Origin: Escherichia coli
GTDB taxonomy: Bacteria > Pseudomonadota > Gammaproteobacteria > Enterobacterales > Enterobacteriaceae
NCBI RefSeq assembly: GCF_030384885.1
Contig: NZ_CP128613.1
Direction: 5' to 3' (one strand)
Length of the DNA: 64,000 nucleotides
Positions 42,427-52,141 of the stretch are shown here, piece by piece (position 1 is the first letter of the stretch; every line of letters starts with the position of its first letter). Position numbers and translations under genes: made by a program. The notes beneath the pieces were generated by a model. That model had not been told where the DNA came from and did not search any database. It saw only the letters and a list, made by a program, of their open reading frames with translations.

Positions 42427-42627
42427 GAGTCATCTCCTGGGCATAAAAGCCCGTCTCTGGCTTTTGCCAGTTGTAATTATTTGCAGGGTATGAGTTGTAT
42501 GTTGTGTTTAACAAATTGATTATTTACATGTTACATAAATTAAACAATTAAGAATACGGAAAGCCATAAAACACGAAACGGAAACAATAAAAGGTGAAAT
42601 GACGCAGGTTATTTACTGCAAAGAACG

Positions 42628-42657
42628 AATAAAAAAACCGCGTCAGTGACGCGGTTC
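42628..42657 (-). terminator. Intrinsic terminator after dmlA
   Basis: AACCGCGTC-AGTG-ACGCGGTT hairpin with T-run on the minus strand. Confidence 0.7.
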
Positions 42658-42675
42658 AAATAAACTGGTTTGACC

Positions 42676-43761
42676 TTAACGCAAAATAATTTTGCAAATC
42701 GCGTCGGCAACCTGTGGCGTGGTGGCATTGCCTTTCATATCAGGTGTTTTCGGCCCGTGAGCAATCACTTCTTCAATCGCGGCCAGAATACCGTTATGCG
42801 CTTGCTGGAAACGCTCATCGCCATTGCCGAGAAAATCGAGCATCATTGCACCGGCCCAAATTGTGGCGATAGGGTTAGCAATATTTTTCCCGTAGATATC
42901 CGGCGCGGAACCGTGGACTGGCTCGAAGAGCGACGGGAAAGTGCGTTCTGGATTCAGGTTGGCGGATGGGGCAATGCCGATGGTGCCGGTGCAGGCCGGG
43001 CCAAGATCGGAAAGAATATCGCCAAACAAATTAGACGCCACCACCACATCGAAGCGTTCCGGCTGCATCACAAAACGTGCGCAGAGAATATCAATATGCT
43101 GCTTGTCCCAGCGGATCTCCGGGTAATTCTCAGCCATTGCTTCCACTCGCTCATCCCAGTACGGCATGCTGATGGCTAAACCGTTCGATTTAGTGGCAGA
43201 AGTTAGCGTCTTACGTGGGCGGCTTTGCGCAAGTTCAAAGGCATAGCGCAAAATACGATCGACACCACGACGAGTAAATACCGATTCCTGAATGACGACT
43301 TCATGCTCTGTACCTTCATTCACTCTACCGCCGAGCGAGGAATATTCGCCTTCGGTGTTTTCCCTGACCACGTAAAAATCGATGTCGCCAGGCTGTTTTC
43401 CCGCCAGCGGGCAGGGAACGCCAGGAAAGAGACGAACCGGGCGCAGGTTGACGTACTGGTCGAACTCACGACGAAATTTCAGCAGCGAACCCCACAACGA
43501 AATATGGTCCGGAACGGTATCCGGCCAGCCGACGGCACCAAAATAGATGGCGTCGAAACGGCTAAGTTGCTCATGCCAGTCGTCCGGCATCATTTTACCG
43601 TGATGGCTGTAATACTCGCAGCTCGCCCACTCCATTTGCTCAAAACTCAAGGCGAAGCCCCAGCGCTCAGCGGCAGCCTGTAACACGCGAATCCCTTCAG
43701 GAAGGACTTCTTTGCCAATCCCGTCTCCCGGGATCGCAGCAATACGCATCGTTTTCATCAT
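42676..43761 (-). CDS. dmlA: D-malate/3-isopropylmalate dehydrogenase DmlA (YeaU)
   Basis: 361-aa product MMKTMRIAAIPGDGIGKEVLPEGIRVLQAAAERWGF... of the isocitrate/isopropylmalate dehydrogenase family. Confidence 0.92.
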   Translation of the reverse strand: MMKTMRIAAIPGDGIGKEVLPEGIRVLQAAAERWGFALSFEQMEWASCEYYSHHGKMMPDDWHEQLSRFDAIYFGAVGWPDTVPDHISLWGSLLKFRREFDQYVNLRPVRLFPGVPCPLAGKQPGDIDFYVVRENTEGEYSSLGGRVNEGTEHEVVIQESVFTRRGVDRILRYAFELAQSRPRKTLTSATKSNGLAISMPYWDERVEAMAENYPEIRWDKQHIDILCARFVMQPERFDVVVASNLFGDILSDLGPACTGTIGIAPSANLNPERTFPSLFEPVHGSAPDIYGKNIANPIATIWAGAMMLDFLGNGDERFQQAHNGILAAIEEVIAHGPKTPDMKGNATTPQVADAICKIILR

Positions 43762-43863
43762 TGGGTTCTCACTTCCTGACCATCAAAATTGACAATACCC
43801 TCATCCTATAATTGACTGAAAAGGAATTAATCCCCGTAACTGGTGAAACATAAAACACGAATC

Positions 43864-44787
43864 ATGAATAATTTACCGCTGCTGAACGATTTGCGCGTCT
43901 TTATGCTGGTGGCTCGCCGGGCTGGTTTTGCCTCCGTGGCAGAAGAATTGGGTGTTTCACCGGCTTTTGTCAGCAAACGCATCGCCTTGCTGGAGCAAAC
44001 GCTAAACGTGGTGTTGTTACACCGCACCACCCGCCGCGTCACCATTACCGAAGAAGGAGAGCGGATTTATGAATGGGCGCAGCGGATTTTGCAGGATGTC
44101 GGTCAAATGATGGACGAACTTTCTGACGTGCGTCAGGTGCCGCAGGGGATGCTGCGTATTATCAGCAGCTTTGGTTTTGGACGACAGGTAGTGGCTCCGG
44201 CGTTATCAGCGCTGGCGAAAGCGTATCCGCAACTGGAATTACGTTTTGATGTGGAAGACCGGTTGGTCGATTTGGTCAATGAAGGCGTCGATCTCGATAT
44301 TCGCATTGGCGATGACATCGCCCCTAATTTAATCGCCCGCAAACTGGCGACCAATTACCGCATTCTCTGCGCTTCGCCGGAATTTATTGCGCAATATGGC
44401 ACGCCGAAACATTTAACCGACCTTTCTGCATTGCCGTGCCTGGTCATTAAAGAGCGCGATCATCCTTTTGGTATCTGGCAATTACGCAATAAAGAAGGCC
44501 ACCATGCGATTAAAGTCACCGGCCCGCTGTCGTCTAATCATGGAGAAATTGTACATCAGTGGTGTCTTGATGGTCAGGGGATTGCGCTACGCTCCTGGTG
44601 GGATGTCAGCGAAAATATTGCCAGTGGTCATTTAGTGCAAGTGCTACCGGAGTATTACCAGCCAGCAAATGTCTGGGCCGTTTATGTTTCAAGGCTGGCG
44701 ACGTCAGCGAAAGTGCGGATAACGGTAGAATTTTTACGCCAGTATTTTGCCGAGCACTACCCGAATTTTTCACTGGACCACGCCTGA
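43864..44787 (+). CDS. dmlR: LysR-type transcriptional activator DmlR (YeaT)
   Basis: 307-aa product MNNLPLLNDLRVFMLVARRAGFASVAEELGVSPAFVSKRIALLE... ; divergent from dmlA. Confidence 0.9.
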   Translation: MNNLPLLNDLRVFMLVARRAGFASVAEELGVSPAFVSKRIALLEQTLNVVLLHRTTRRVTITEEGERIYEWAQRILQDVGQMMDELSDVRQVPQGMLRIISSFGFGRQVVAPALSALAKAYPQLELRFDVEDRLVDLVNEGVDLDIRIGDDIAPNLIARKLATNYRILCASPEFIAQYGTPKHLTDLSALPCLVIKERDHPFGIWQLRNKEGHHAIKVTGPLSSNHGEIVHQWCLDGQGIALRSWWDVSENIASGHLVQVLPEYYQPANVWAVYVSRLATSAKVRITVEFLRQYFAEHYPNFSLDHA

Positions 44788-44895
44788 TTAATGATTCAAT
44801 TATCGGGTTGATATCAGGTTAAACCCTGATTTTCTCCTTTCTAAGCCGCTAGAGATTGGTTAGCATATTCACCTTTAATCGCGCATGATCGATAG

Positions 44896-45552
<657 letters not shown>

Positions 45553-45724
45553 TGCTTTCAGCCCGCGTTATCGCGGGCTTCCTGCCTGTAATCTTTCCTT
45601 ATTCATCGCTGATACGGTGCTAAAGAGTAACCAATAAATGGTATTTAAAATGCAAATTATCAGGCGTACCCTGAAACGGCTGAAATAAACTGTTTTCAGC
45701 ACATTCATCGAAGGAGGGAAAAGG

Positions 45725-46084
45725 ATGCTGCAAATCCCACAGAATTATATTCATACGCGCTCAACGCCTTTCTGGAATAAACAAACTGCGCCTGCCGGAA
45801 TATTCGAACGTCATCTTGATAAAGGAACGCGCCCAGGGGTATACCCACGCCTTTCCGTTATGCATGGGGCGGTCAAATATCTCGGCTACGCTGATGAACA
45901 CAGTGCAGAGCCTGATCAGGTGATCCTTATCGAAGCGGGGCAGTTTGCGGTGTTTCCGCCAGAAAAGTGGCACAACATTGAAACCATGACTGACGATACT
46001 TATTTCAACATTGACTTCTTCGTTGCTCCTGAAGTCCTGATGGAAGGCGCGCAACAACGGAAAGTCATTCATAACGGGAAATGA
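45725..46084 (+). CDS. yeaR: DUF1971 protein YeaR (nitrate/NO-induced)
   Basis: 119-aa product MLQIPQNYIHTRSTPFWNKQTAPAGIFERHLDKGTRPG... Confidence 0.88.
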   Translation: MLQIPQNYIHTRSTPFWNKQTAPAGIFERHLDKGTRPGVYPRLSVMHGAVKYLGYADEHSAEPDQVILIEAGQFAVFPPEKWHNIETMTDDTYFNIDFFVAPEVLMEGAQQRKVIHNGK

Positions 46085-46087
46085 ATC

Positions 46088-46270
46088 ATGGGCAAAGCAA
46101 CGTATACCGTGACCGTCACCAATAACAGCAATGGTGTTTCTGTCGATTATGAAACAGAGACGCCGATGACTTTGCTGGTGCCAGAAGTGGCGGCTGAAGT
46201 GATAAAAGATCTGGTGAATACCGTGCGTTCTTATGACACGGAAAACGAACATGATGTTTGTGGTTGGTAA
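46088..46270 (+). CDS. yoaG: Small protein YoaG (DUF1869)
   Basis: 60-aa product MGKATYTVTVTNNSNGVSVDYETETPMTLLVPEVAAEVIKDL...; 3 nt after yeaR. Confidence 0.88.
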   Translation: MGKATYTVTVTNNSNGVSVDYETETPMTLLVPEVAAEVIKDLVNTVRSYDTENEHDVCGW

Positions 46271-46417
46271 TTATCACTGATCGTAGATGGCGCAATTTCT
46301 GCGCCATCGCAAAAAAATCCTCCGTGATGCTTGTCACAAATCTTGCCCTCCTGATGTTGTGCTATGCTTTTTATCAGCGACTAACCCGCTAATGCAAAAC
46401 AGATAAGTGAGGAAACA

Positions 46418-46666
46418 ATGGGCATTCTGTCATGGATTATTTTTGGGCTTATTGCCGGTATTCTGGCGAAGTGGATCATGCCAGGTAAAGATGGTGGTGG
46501 ATTCTTTATGACTATCCTGCTGGGGATAGTCGGTGCCGTAGTCGGCGGATGGATCAGCACGCTGTTTGGCTTTGGTAAAGTCGATGGCTTCAATTTTGGC
46601 AGCTTCGTGGTTGCCGTTATTGGTGCGATTGTCGTGCTGTTTATCTACAGAAAGATCAAAAGTTAA
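46418..46666 (+). CDS. yeaQ: GlsB/YeaQ/YmgE-family small membrane protein YeaQ
   Basis: 82-aa Gly-rich two-helix membrane product MGILSWIIFGLIAGILAKWIMPGKDGGGFFMTILLGIVGAVVGGWIS... Confidence 0.9.
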   Translation: MGILSWIIFGLIAGILAKWIMPGKDGGGFFMTILLGIVGAVVGGWISTLFGFGKVDGFNFGSFVVAVIGAIVVLFIYRKIKS

Positions 46667-46680
46667 CGCGTAAATTGCAC

Positions 46681-46716
46681 AAAGGCTGCACACAGGCAGC
46701 CTTTGCTATTTTTTAG
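46681..46716. terminator. Terminator hairpin between convergent yeaQ and yoaJ
   Basis: AAAGGCTGC-ACACAG-GCAGCCTTT followed by TTTTTT. Confidence 0.75.
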
Positions 46717-46724
46717 ATGTGACG

Positions 46725-46799
46725 TTACCACCATCCCAACTCAGTGCCGAGAACGACAATAATCGCTACGCCCATCATAATAATCGTTGTTTTTTTCAT
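46725..46799 (-). CDS. yoaJ: Small membrane protein YoaJ (24 aa)
   Basis: Minus-strand ORF MKKTTIIMMGVAIIVVLGTELGWW (below track threshold); matches recalled size of the Hemm-type small protein; assignment by length and position. Confidence 0.65.
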   Translation of the reverse strand: MKKTTIIMMGVAIIVVLGTELGWW

Positions 46800-46801
46800 C
46801 T

Positions 46802-46900
46802 TTACGCTCCCGGGGCAGCATAGCCGCCAATAAAAAACCATGCTAAAAATACGACCGCTGTAATAAAGATTACAACCGGAAAAATAATACCGATTCGCAT
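46802..46900 (-). CDS. yoaK: Small membrane protein YoaK (32 aa)
   Basis: Minus-strand ORF MRIGIIFPVVIFITAVVFLAWFFIGGYAAPGA ending 2 nt before yoaJ start; single TM helix. Confidence 0.65.
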   Translation of the reverse strand: MRIGIIFPVVIFITAVVFLAWFFIGGYAAPGA

Positions 46901-46932
46901 GTTATCACCAATCAAAAGGATGTGAATACGCC

Positions 46933-47958
46933 TCAGGAATGTAGCGCTGAATGCGCGACAAAAGGTGTTTTCTGTTTGTGTTTTTTCTCCTGATACATCG
47001 CGATATCGGCAGCATGCAGGGCGCTGTCTGCATCGGTCGTTTCAGGATCGACTTCTACTATGCCAAGACTGGCACCAGGATAATACAAATCAACATCACC
47101 TAAGTGATATTCTCCGCGTATTTGCTGTTGAATACGTTCTCGCAGCGATGGAATATCCGCATTCTCATTGTTCAGTGAAACAACCAAAAACTCATCACCG
47201 CCGAGACGACCAATAACTTCGCCATTTTGCTGGAGCGTATTAAGGCGCTCGCCAACCTGAATAAGAAACAGATCGCCACTATTATGACCAAAACGATCAT
47301 TGATTAATTTGAAGTTATCCAGATCGATAAATGCGATCATTATCTTATGGTTAAGATGCCTCGCAAGAGAAAACAGCGTCGTCAGGTTTTCAAAAATCGC
47401 CCGCCGATTCGGTAGCCCGGTTAACGAGTCGGTATACGATTGCGCAATCAGTGCGGCATTGGCTTCGCGCAGCTGTTCAACCAGCGCCTCTTTTTGAATA
47501 TATTGTGCAATCAGTCCGGCGAATAGCTGTAAAACCTGTTCCGCGCGTTCACTCCACTGGCGCTTCTCACTGCTGGCGGCGCAAAGTGTGCCATAGAATG
47601 ATCCATCCGGTAAGTGAATTGGCGTGCTCAGAAATGTGGTGATGCCAAGATTTCGTGCCGCAATACAGTCGCCCCAACGGTCGGGGACTTCATCGCTGAA
47701 AAAGCAGTTTTCATCAATGGCACGCTTGCATAATGAGTAATCCCACGAGACGGTAAAATTCTCCGGGATGTGCATTTTCTGGCTATTACGGGCAAACATA
47801 ATATGCTGCAGGCGCGCTTCGACATCCACTTTGGTCAGGTAGGTTGACTCCATATCAGTGACCATTTCCAGCATCTCCAGAAGCTGTCGGACCAGACTTT
47901 CCAGTGACTGTTCTTTGGCAAGGGATTGCGAGACGCGGGCGATAATCTGATCTGACAC
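46933..47958 (-). CDS. dgcP: Diguanylate cyclase DgcP (YeaP), GAF-GGDEF
   Basis: 341-aa product (M)SDQIIARVSQSLAKEQSLESLVRQL... with intact RLGGDEF active site; GTG start with GGAG RBS; ORF extends upstream to 48087 but known protein starts here. Confidence 0.88.
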   Translation of the reverse strand: MSDQIIARVSQSLAKEQSLESLVRQLLEMLEMVTDMESTYLTKVDVEARLQHIMFARNSQKMHIPENFTVSWDYSLCKRAIDENCFFSDEVPDRWGDCIAARNLGITTFLSTPIHLPDGSFYGTLCAASSEKRQWSERAEQVLQLFAGLIAQYIQKEALVEQLREANAALIAQSYTDSLTGLPNRRAIFENLTTLFSLARHLNHKIMIAFIDLDNFKLINDRFGHNSGDLFLIQVGERLNTLQQNGEVIGRLGGDEFLVVSLNNENADIPSLRERIQQQIRGEYHLGDVDLYYPGASLGIVEVDPETTDADSALHAADIAMYQEKKHKQKTPFVAHSALHS

Positions 47959-48140
47959 AAAACAACTCCAGGATACGGCGGGTAAATGCTGATTATTTAA
48001 TCTTTGCAGGCATGATAAAACATCATCAACAAAGATGAAACAAGGCGTAATATGTTTTGAGTGAATGTAATAAAAATAGTGCTGCAAAACAAAACGATAC
48101 CGCGATACTCTAAGCCTGGATAAATATGTGAGATCAATAA

Positions 48141-48395
48141 ATGAAAATTATCAGTTTTGTTCTGCCTTGCTTGCTGGTCCTGGCTGGTTGTTCAACCCCT
48201 TCTCAGCCAGAAGCACCTAAACCGCCGCAGATTGGTATGGCAAATCCGGCGTCGGTCTATTGCCAGCAGAAGGGCGGGGCGCTCATTCCTGTGCAGACAG
48301 CGCAAGGGGTCTGCAACAATTGCAAATTACCGGGCGGTGAAACGATTGATGAATGGGCATTGTGGCGACGGGACCATCCGGCTGGTGAAAAATAA
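48141..48395 (+). CDS. yoaF: Lipoprotein YoaF (DUF333)
   Basis: 84-aa product MKIISFVLPCLLVLAGCSTPSQPEAPKPPQIGMANPASVYC... with lipobox LAGC. Confidence 0.88.
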   Translation: MKIISFVLPCLLVLAGCSTPSQPEAPKPPQIGMANPASVYCQQKGGALIPVQTAQGVCNNCKLPGGETIDEWALWRRDHPAGEK

Positions 48396-48416
48396 CCGCC
48401 GGATGCTGCACTAAAA

Positions 48417-48764
48417 TCACAAGCTACGTAGCCAGTCGGCCAGCACCAGTGCATGGTTCTGCGTGGTGTTTTTTGCTGAGTAGAGCAGGGTTAGCGGCTG
48501 TTTTTTGGCGATGTCCGCCAGCCGCTTTCCTTCTTGCTCGTGTTGCGTCAGTTCTGCAAGATATTGCTCGCGAAAGGTTGCAAAATCGACGACTTCGCCG
48601 TGAAAGGCTTTGCGCAGTTCCGTTGACGGCGTGATTTCTTTATCCCACTCATCAAGGGCTAAATCGGTTTTCTTGATACCGCGCGGCCAGAGGCGGTCGA
48701 CCAGTACGCGATAACCATCGCTCTGTTCAGCCGGATCATAAACGCGTTTGCACTGAATATTCAT
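48417..48764 (-). CDS. yeaO: DUF488 protein YeaO
   Basis: 115-aa product MNIQCKRVYDPAEQSDGYRVLVDRLWPRGIKK...; start at internal Met of ORF 48417..48785. Confidence 0.88.
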   Translation of the reverse strand: MNIQCKRVYDPAEQSDGYRVLVDRLWPRGIKKTDLALDEWDKEITPSTELRKAFHGEVVDFATFREQYLAELTQHEQEGKRLADIAKKQPLTLLYSAKNTTQNHALVLADWLRSL

Positions 48765-48818
48765 CGTATTTGTTCTCCCTTTCACGCATGATTTGTCACG
48801 TCACTATAGCACCGGATA

Positions 48819-50000
48819 TTAGCGAATTTCTTTGTCTCTCCCGGCGCAAAGTCCGAAAATCGCCATCAGTAGTGAAAGTATTGCAACACCCATCAGTGGT
48901 ACGGACCAGTCACCGTTAGCATCGTGTATTTTACCCATCAGCGGCGGCCCACAGGCTGCCAGCAAATACCCGACGGATTGTGCCATCCCCGAGAGTGCCG
49001 CCGCCTGATGCGCAGAACTTGCCCGCAGACCAATGAACGTCAACCCCAGTATCATTGTTGCGCCGGAACCAAAACCGAAAAGCAGAGTCCAGGTGATCGC
49101 GTGTGCTGGCATAAAGCAGAGCCCAACCGCGCCCACTGCGCACATCAAGGCAACGAATGCTGCAATACCACGCTGATCTTTCACATGATGTAAGAAAAGT
49201 GGGATCAGCAAACCGGGAGCTGCTGTGGCTAGTTGCAGCAAACCATGCAGTGAACCCGCCTGTGCTTCGCTATAGCCGTGACTGATGAGGATCGCCGGAA
49301 GCCAGCCAATAATCACGTAATAGACCAGTGAGTTGATCCCAAGAAACAATGTTACCTGCCAGGCAAGCGGCGAACGCCAGATACCCCGAGTATGTAAGGC
49401 GCGTGAGGTACTCAAATTTGCATGTTGTTGACTTCGCCACTGTGGCAGCCATAAAAAAAGAGCCAGCAGAGGAAAACACATCAGCATGAGCAACGCGCCT
49501 TGCCAGCCAAAACCGTTCAAAGCCAGCGGCACGACCATAGCCGATCCCAGTGCCGCAGCAGCTCCCATTGTCAGGGAATATGCGCCGGTAAGTCTGGCGA
49601 CGGAATGAGGGAAATCGCGTTTAATTAATCCTGGCAGTAAGACATTGCCTAATGCAATCCCACCGCCAATGACCGCTGTACCGCCAAATAATAAGTAAGG
49701 CGAAGGGAGAGAGCGAATTGCAATACCAGCACAGATCAAAAGTAACGCGGCAAACAGGCTACGTTCCATACCAAAACGTCGCGCCACCGGGGCAGCCAGA
49801 GGTGAGATTAGCGCAAAGGCTAATAATGGCAGGGTGGTCAATAAGCCGGTTTGCGCCGTCGTCAGCGAGTAAGCGGAACGAATCGTATCCAGTAACGGTG
49901 CTGCGCCGGTAAAGGTGACGCGTAATGTTGTGGCAATCATCAGAATGCCAGCGATAAGGACAATCCTGTTTTTGCCGCTTAATGAAGTTGAACAGGTCAT
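48819..50000 (-). CDS. nimT: MFS transporter NimT (YeaN), nitroimidazole efflux
   Basis: 393-aa 12-TM MFS product MTCSTSLSGKNRIVLIAGILMIATTLRVTFTGAAPLLD... Confidence 0.9.
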   Translation of the reverse strand: MTCSTSLSGKNRIVLIAGILMIATTLRVTFTGAAPLLDTIRSAYSLTTAQTGLLTTLPLLAFALISPLAAPVARRFGMERSLFAALLLICAGIAIRSLPSPYLLFGGTAVIGGGIALGNVLLPGLIKRDFPHSVARLTGAYSLTMGAAAALGSAMVVPLALNGFGWQGALLMLMCFPLLALFLWLPQWRSQQHANLSTSRALHTRGIWRSPLAWQVTLFLGINSLVYYVIIGWLPAILISHGYSEAQAGSLHGLLQLATAAPGLLIPLFLHHVKDQRGIAAFVALMCAVGAVGLCFMPAHAITWTLLFGFGSGATMILGLTFIGLRASSAHQAAALSGMAQSVGYLLAACGPPLMGKIHDANGDWSVPLMGVAILSLLMAIFGLCAGRDKEIR

Positions 50001-50096
50001 ATGCTTCTCATTGTTACAAACGAGGCTGTACCTTACCGTTTTTATTGTTATGTTGAATCAAGCTAAAATGACAAATTATCGCTAAATTCGGACAAA

Positions 50097-50918
50097 ATGA
50101 TGCACAGGTTGAATCTCAATGGCTATGAACCCGACCGACACCATGAAGCCGCGGTCGCATTTTGTATTCACGCCGGAACGGATGAGTTAACCAGTCCTGT
50201 ACATAAGCACCGCAAAGGGCAGTTGATACTGGCACTACATGGTGCAATTACCTGTACGGTGGAAAATGCTTTGTGGATGGTGCCGCCACAATATGCGGTT
50301 TGGATACCGGGCGGGGTGAAACATAGCAATCAAGTGACAGCTAACGCTGAACTCTGTTTTCTGTTTATCGAACCCAGCGCAGTGACAATGCCGACAACAT
50401 GTTGCACATTGAAAATATCGCCCTTATGCCGGGAATTAATTTTAACCCTGGCAAACAGGACGACGACTCAGCGTGCTGAGCCGATGACCCGCAGATTAAT
50501 TCAGGTCCTGTTTGATGAACTCCCTCAGCAGCCACAACAACAGCTGCACCTGCCCGTTTCTTCTCATCCTAAAATCCGCACGATGGTGGAGATGATGGCG
50601 AAAGAGCCCGTCGAGTGGGGCTCATTGGGGCAATGGGCTGGCTTTTTTGCGATGAGTGAACGCAATCTTGCCCGGCTGATAGTGAAAGAGACGGGGTTGA
50701 GTTTTCGCCAGTGGCGTCAGCAGTTACAGCTGATTATGGCGCTTCAGGGATTAGTGAAAGGCGATACTGTACAGAAAGTTGCTCATACGCTGGGGTATGA
50801 TTCAACAACGGCCTTTATTACTATGTTTAAGAAAGGCCTGGGGCAAACGCCAGGCCGATATATTGCGGGATTAACTACTGTTTCCCCACAATCAGCGAAA
50901 CCAGACCCGCGGCAATAA
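50097..50918 (+). CDS. nimR: AraC-family regulator NimR (YeaM)
   Basis: 273-aa product with cupin-like N-domain and C-terminal AraC HTH; divergent from nimT. Confidence 0.9.
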
Positions 50919-51321
50919 GCGGGCCAACCGGTACGCCGCGAAACAGCGCCACGCCCAAAACAGTGCCCACCAGCAGCCCGGCGACCAGTTGCGGCTGGCT
51001 GCCCATTAACGTCACGCCGCGCCCACCTAGCCAGGAGACAATAACGCCTACTGCAATTGCCACCAGCGATTTCCAGTTCAGAAACGAGTGAATCAGGGTT
51101 GAGGGCGGTAGCGTCCCGCTGGCGATGGGGGCCATAACGCCAATCGTCAGAATGATTATCCCGATACTTAGCCCCTGTTTTTCAATCCACGGGAAAAAGG
51201 TGCTTAACGGTGTGACGCGGACAATGATTAACACCAGAATTGAAACGGCGACAGTGGTGTTATGACTGATAAAGCCCAGCGCAGCTAACCCGAGCAGGAT
51301 CAGCAAAGTGACATCAAACAT
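50875..51321 (-). CDS. yeaL: UPF0756 membrane protein YeaL
   Basis: 148-aa four-TM product [36 protein letters not shown]...; 3' end overlaps nimR 3' end (convergent). Confidence 0.88.
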
Positions 51322-51490
51322 CGTGGTTTCCTTGCCAAAAAATAATAAGCCTGCTTACTTTACGCTTGCTGCAGGAAGGAAGTAGAAAATCTTTACGTTT
51401 TTTGCATAAAAAATCAGGCGAACTGTCATCAAACTGCCATTTGTGCACGCTAACAATAACGTGAAAACAGCTATCTCCCCGGGGCATACT

Positions 51491-51595
51491 ATGAACGATC
51501 AAATGTTTGTCGAGACACTGATTATCACGTCATCGTTTTTTGCCATTGCTGTTGTGCTGGTTTTGTCCGTTCTGCTTATTGAACGGACAGGCTAG
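51491..51595 (+). CDS. yoaI: Small membrane protein YoaI (34 aa)
   Basis: ATG ORF (below track threshold) [34 protein letters not shown]; single TM helix; frame verified by codon-by-codon count. Confidence 0.75.
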   Translation: MNDQMFVETLIITSSFFAIAVVLVLSVLLIERTG

Positions 51596-52099
51596 TTACG
51601 CAGTGCGGCGGAAATTGACCAGTTCTGGTTGCGCAATGCGCAAATAATCCGCGGTTTTCAAAATAACGGATTTATCCAGCATGCCTGCATTGAAGGCGAT
51701 TTCATCAAATCGTTCGAAGAGTAGGGGGTCGGCAACCAGTTTGAGTTTTGGATGGAAGCTGAAAGGGGGGATCGCGCCGAAGACACAGCCTGTGAGTTCA
51801 TCGACTTCCGCCGGGCTGGCCAACGAAGCGCGTAATCCGCCTATATGACTGGCGAGTTGGCTCAGATCGGCCTGTTGATCGGCAGCGAGGATCGCCAGAA
51901 CATGTTGATTTACGCCATTGCCTTTGACTTTACATACCAGTGCCTTAGCCCCCTGGCCTAAAGCGGTGCCACGAATTTCTGACACCGCTTCGCATTTACC
52001 TACCGCCTCATGGGTAACGACGCGGAAGTCAGCTCCTTCTTGTGATAATAAAGCGATTAACCGCTGATGCGTCAAGCTTCCTTTAGCCATTTCAGTCAT
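51596..52099 (-). CDS. yeaK: YbaK/ProX-family aminoacyl-tRNA deacylase YeaK
   Basis: 167-aa product MTEMAKGSLTHQRLIALLSQEGADFRVVTHEAVGKCEAVSEIRG... Confidence 0.88.
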   Translation of the reverse strand: MTEMAKGSLTHQRLIALLSQEGADFRVVTHEAVGKCEAVSEIRGTALGQGAKALVCKVKGNGVNQHVLAILAADQQADLSQLASHIGGLRASLASPAEVDELTGCVFGAIPPFSFHPKLKLVADPLLFERFDEIAFNAGMLDKSVILKTADYLRIAQPELVNFRRTA

Positions 52100-52141
52100 T
52101 TCATGCTCCTGAGATTACAAGCAAACAACCACAGAAGATTA

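Noticed and set aside
51491-51595. Possible homopolymer frameshift in yoaI at the T-tract near 51536..51541
   Set aside because: My first reading miscounted positions; a codon-by-codon recount gives an intact 34-aa ORF ([34 protein letters not shown]) ending at TAG 51593..51595.
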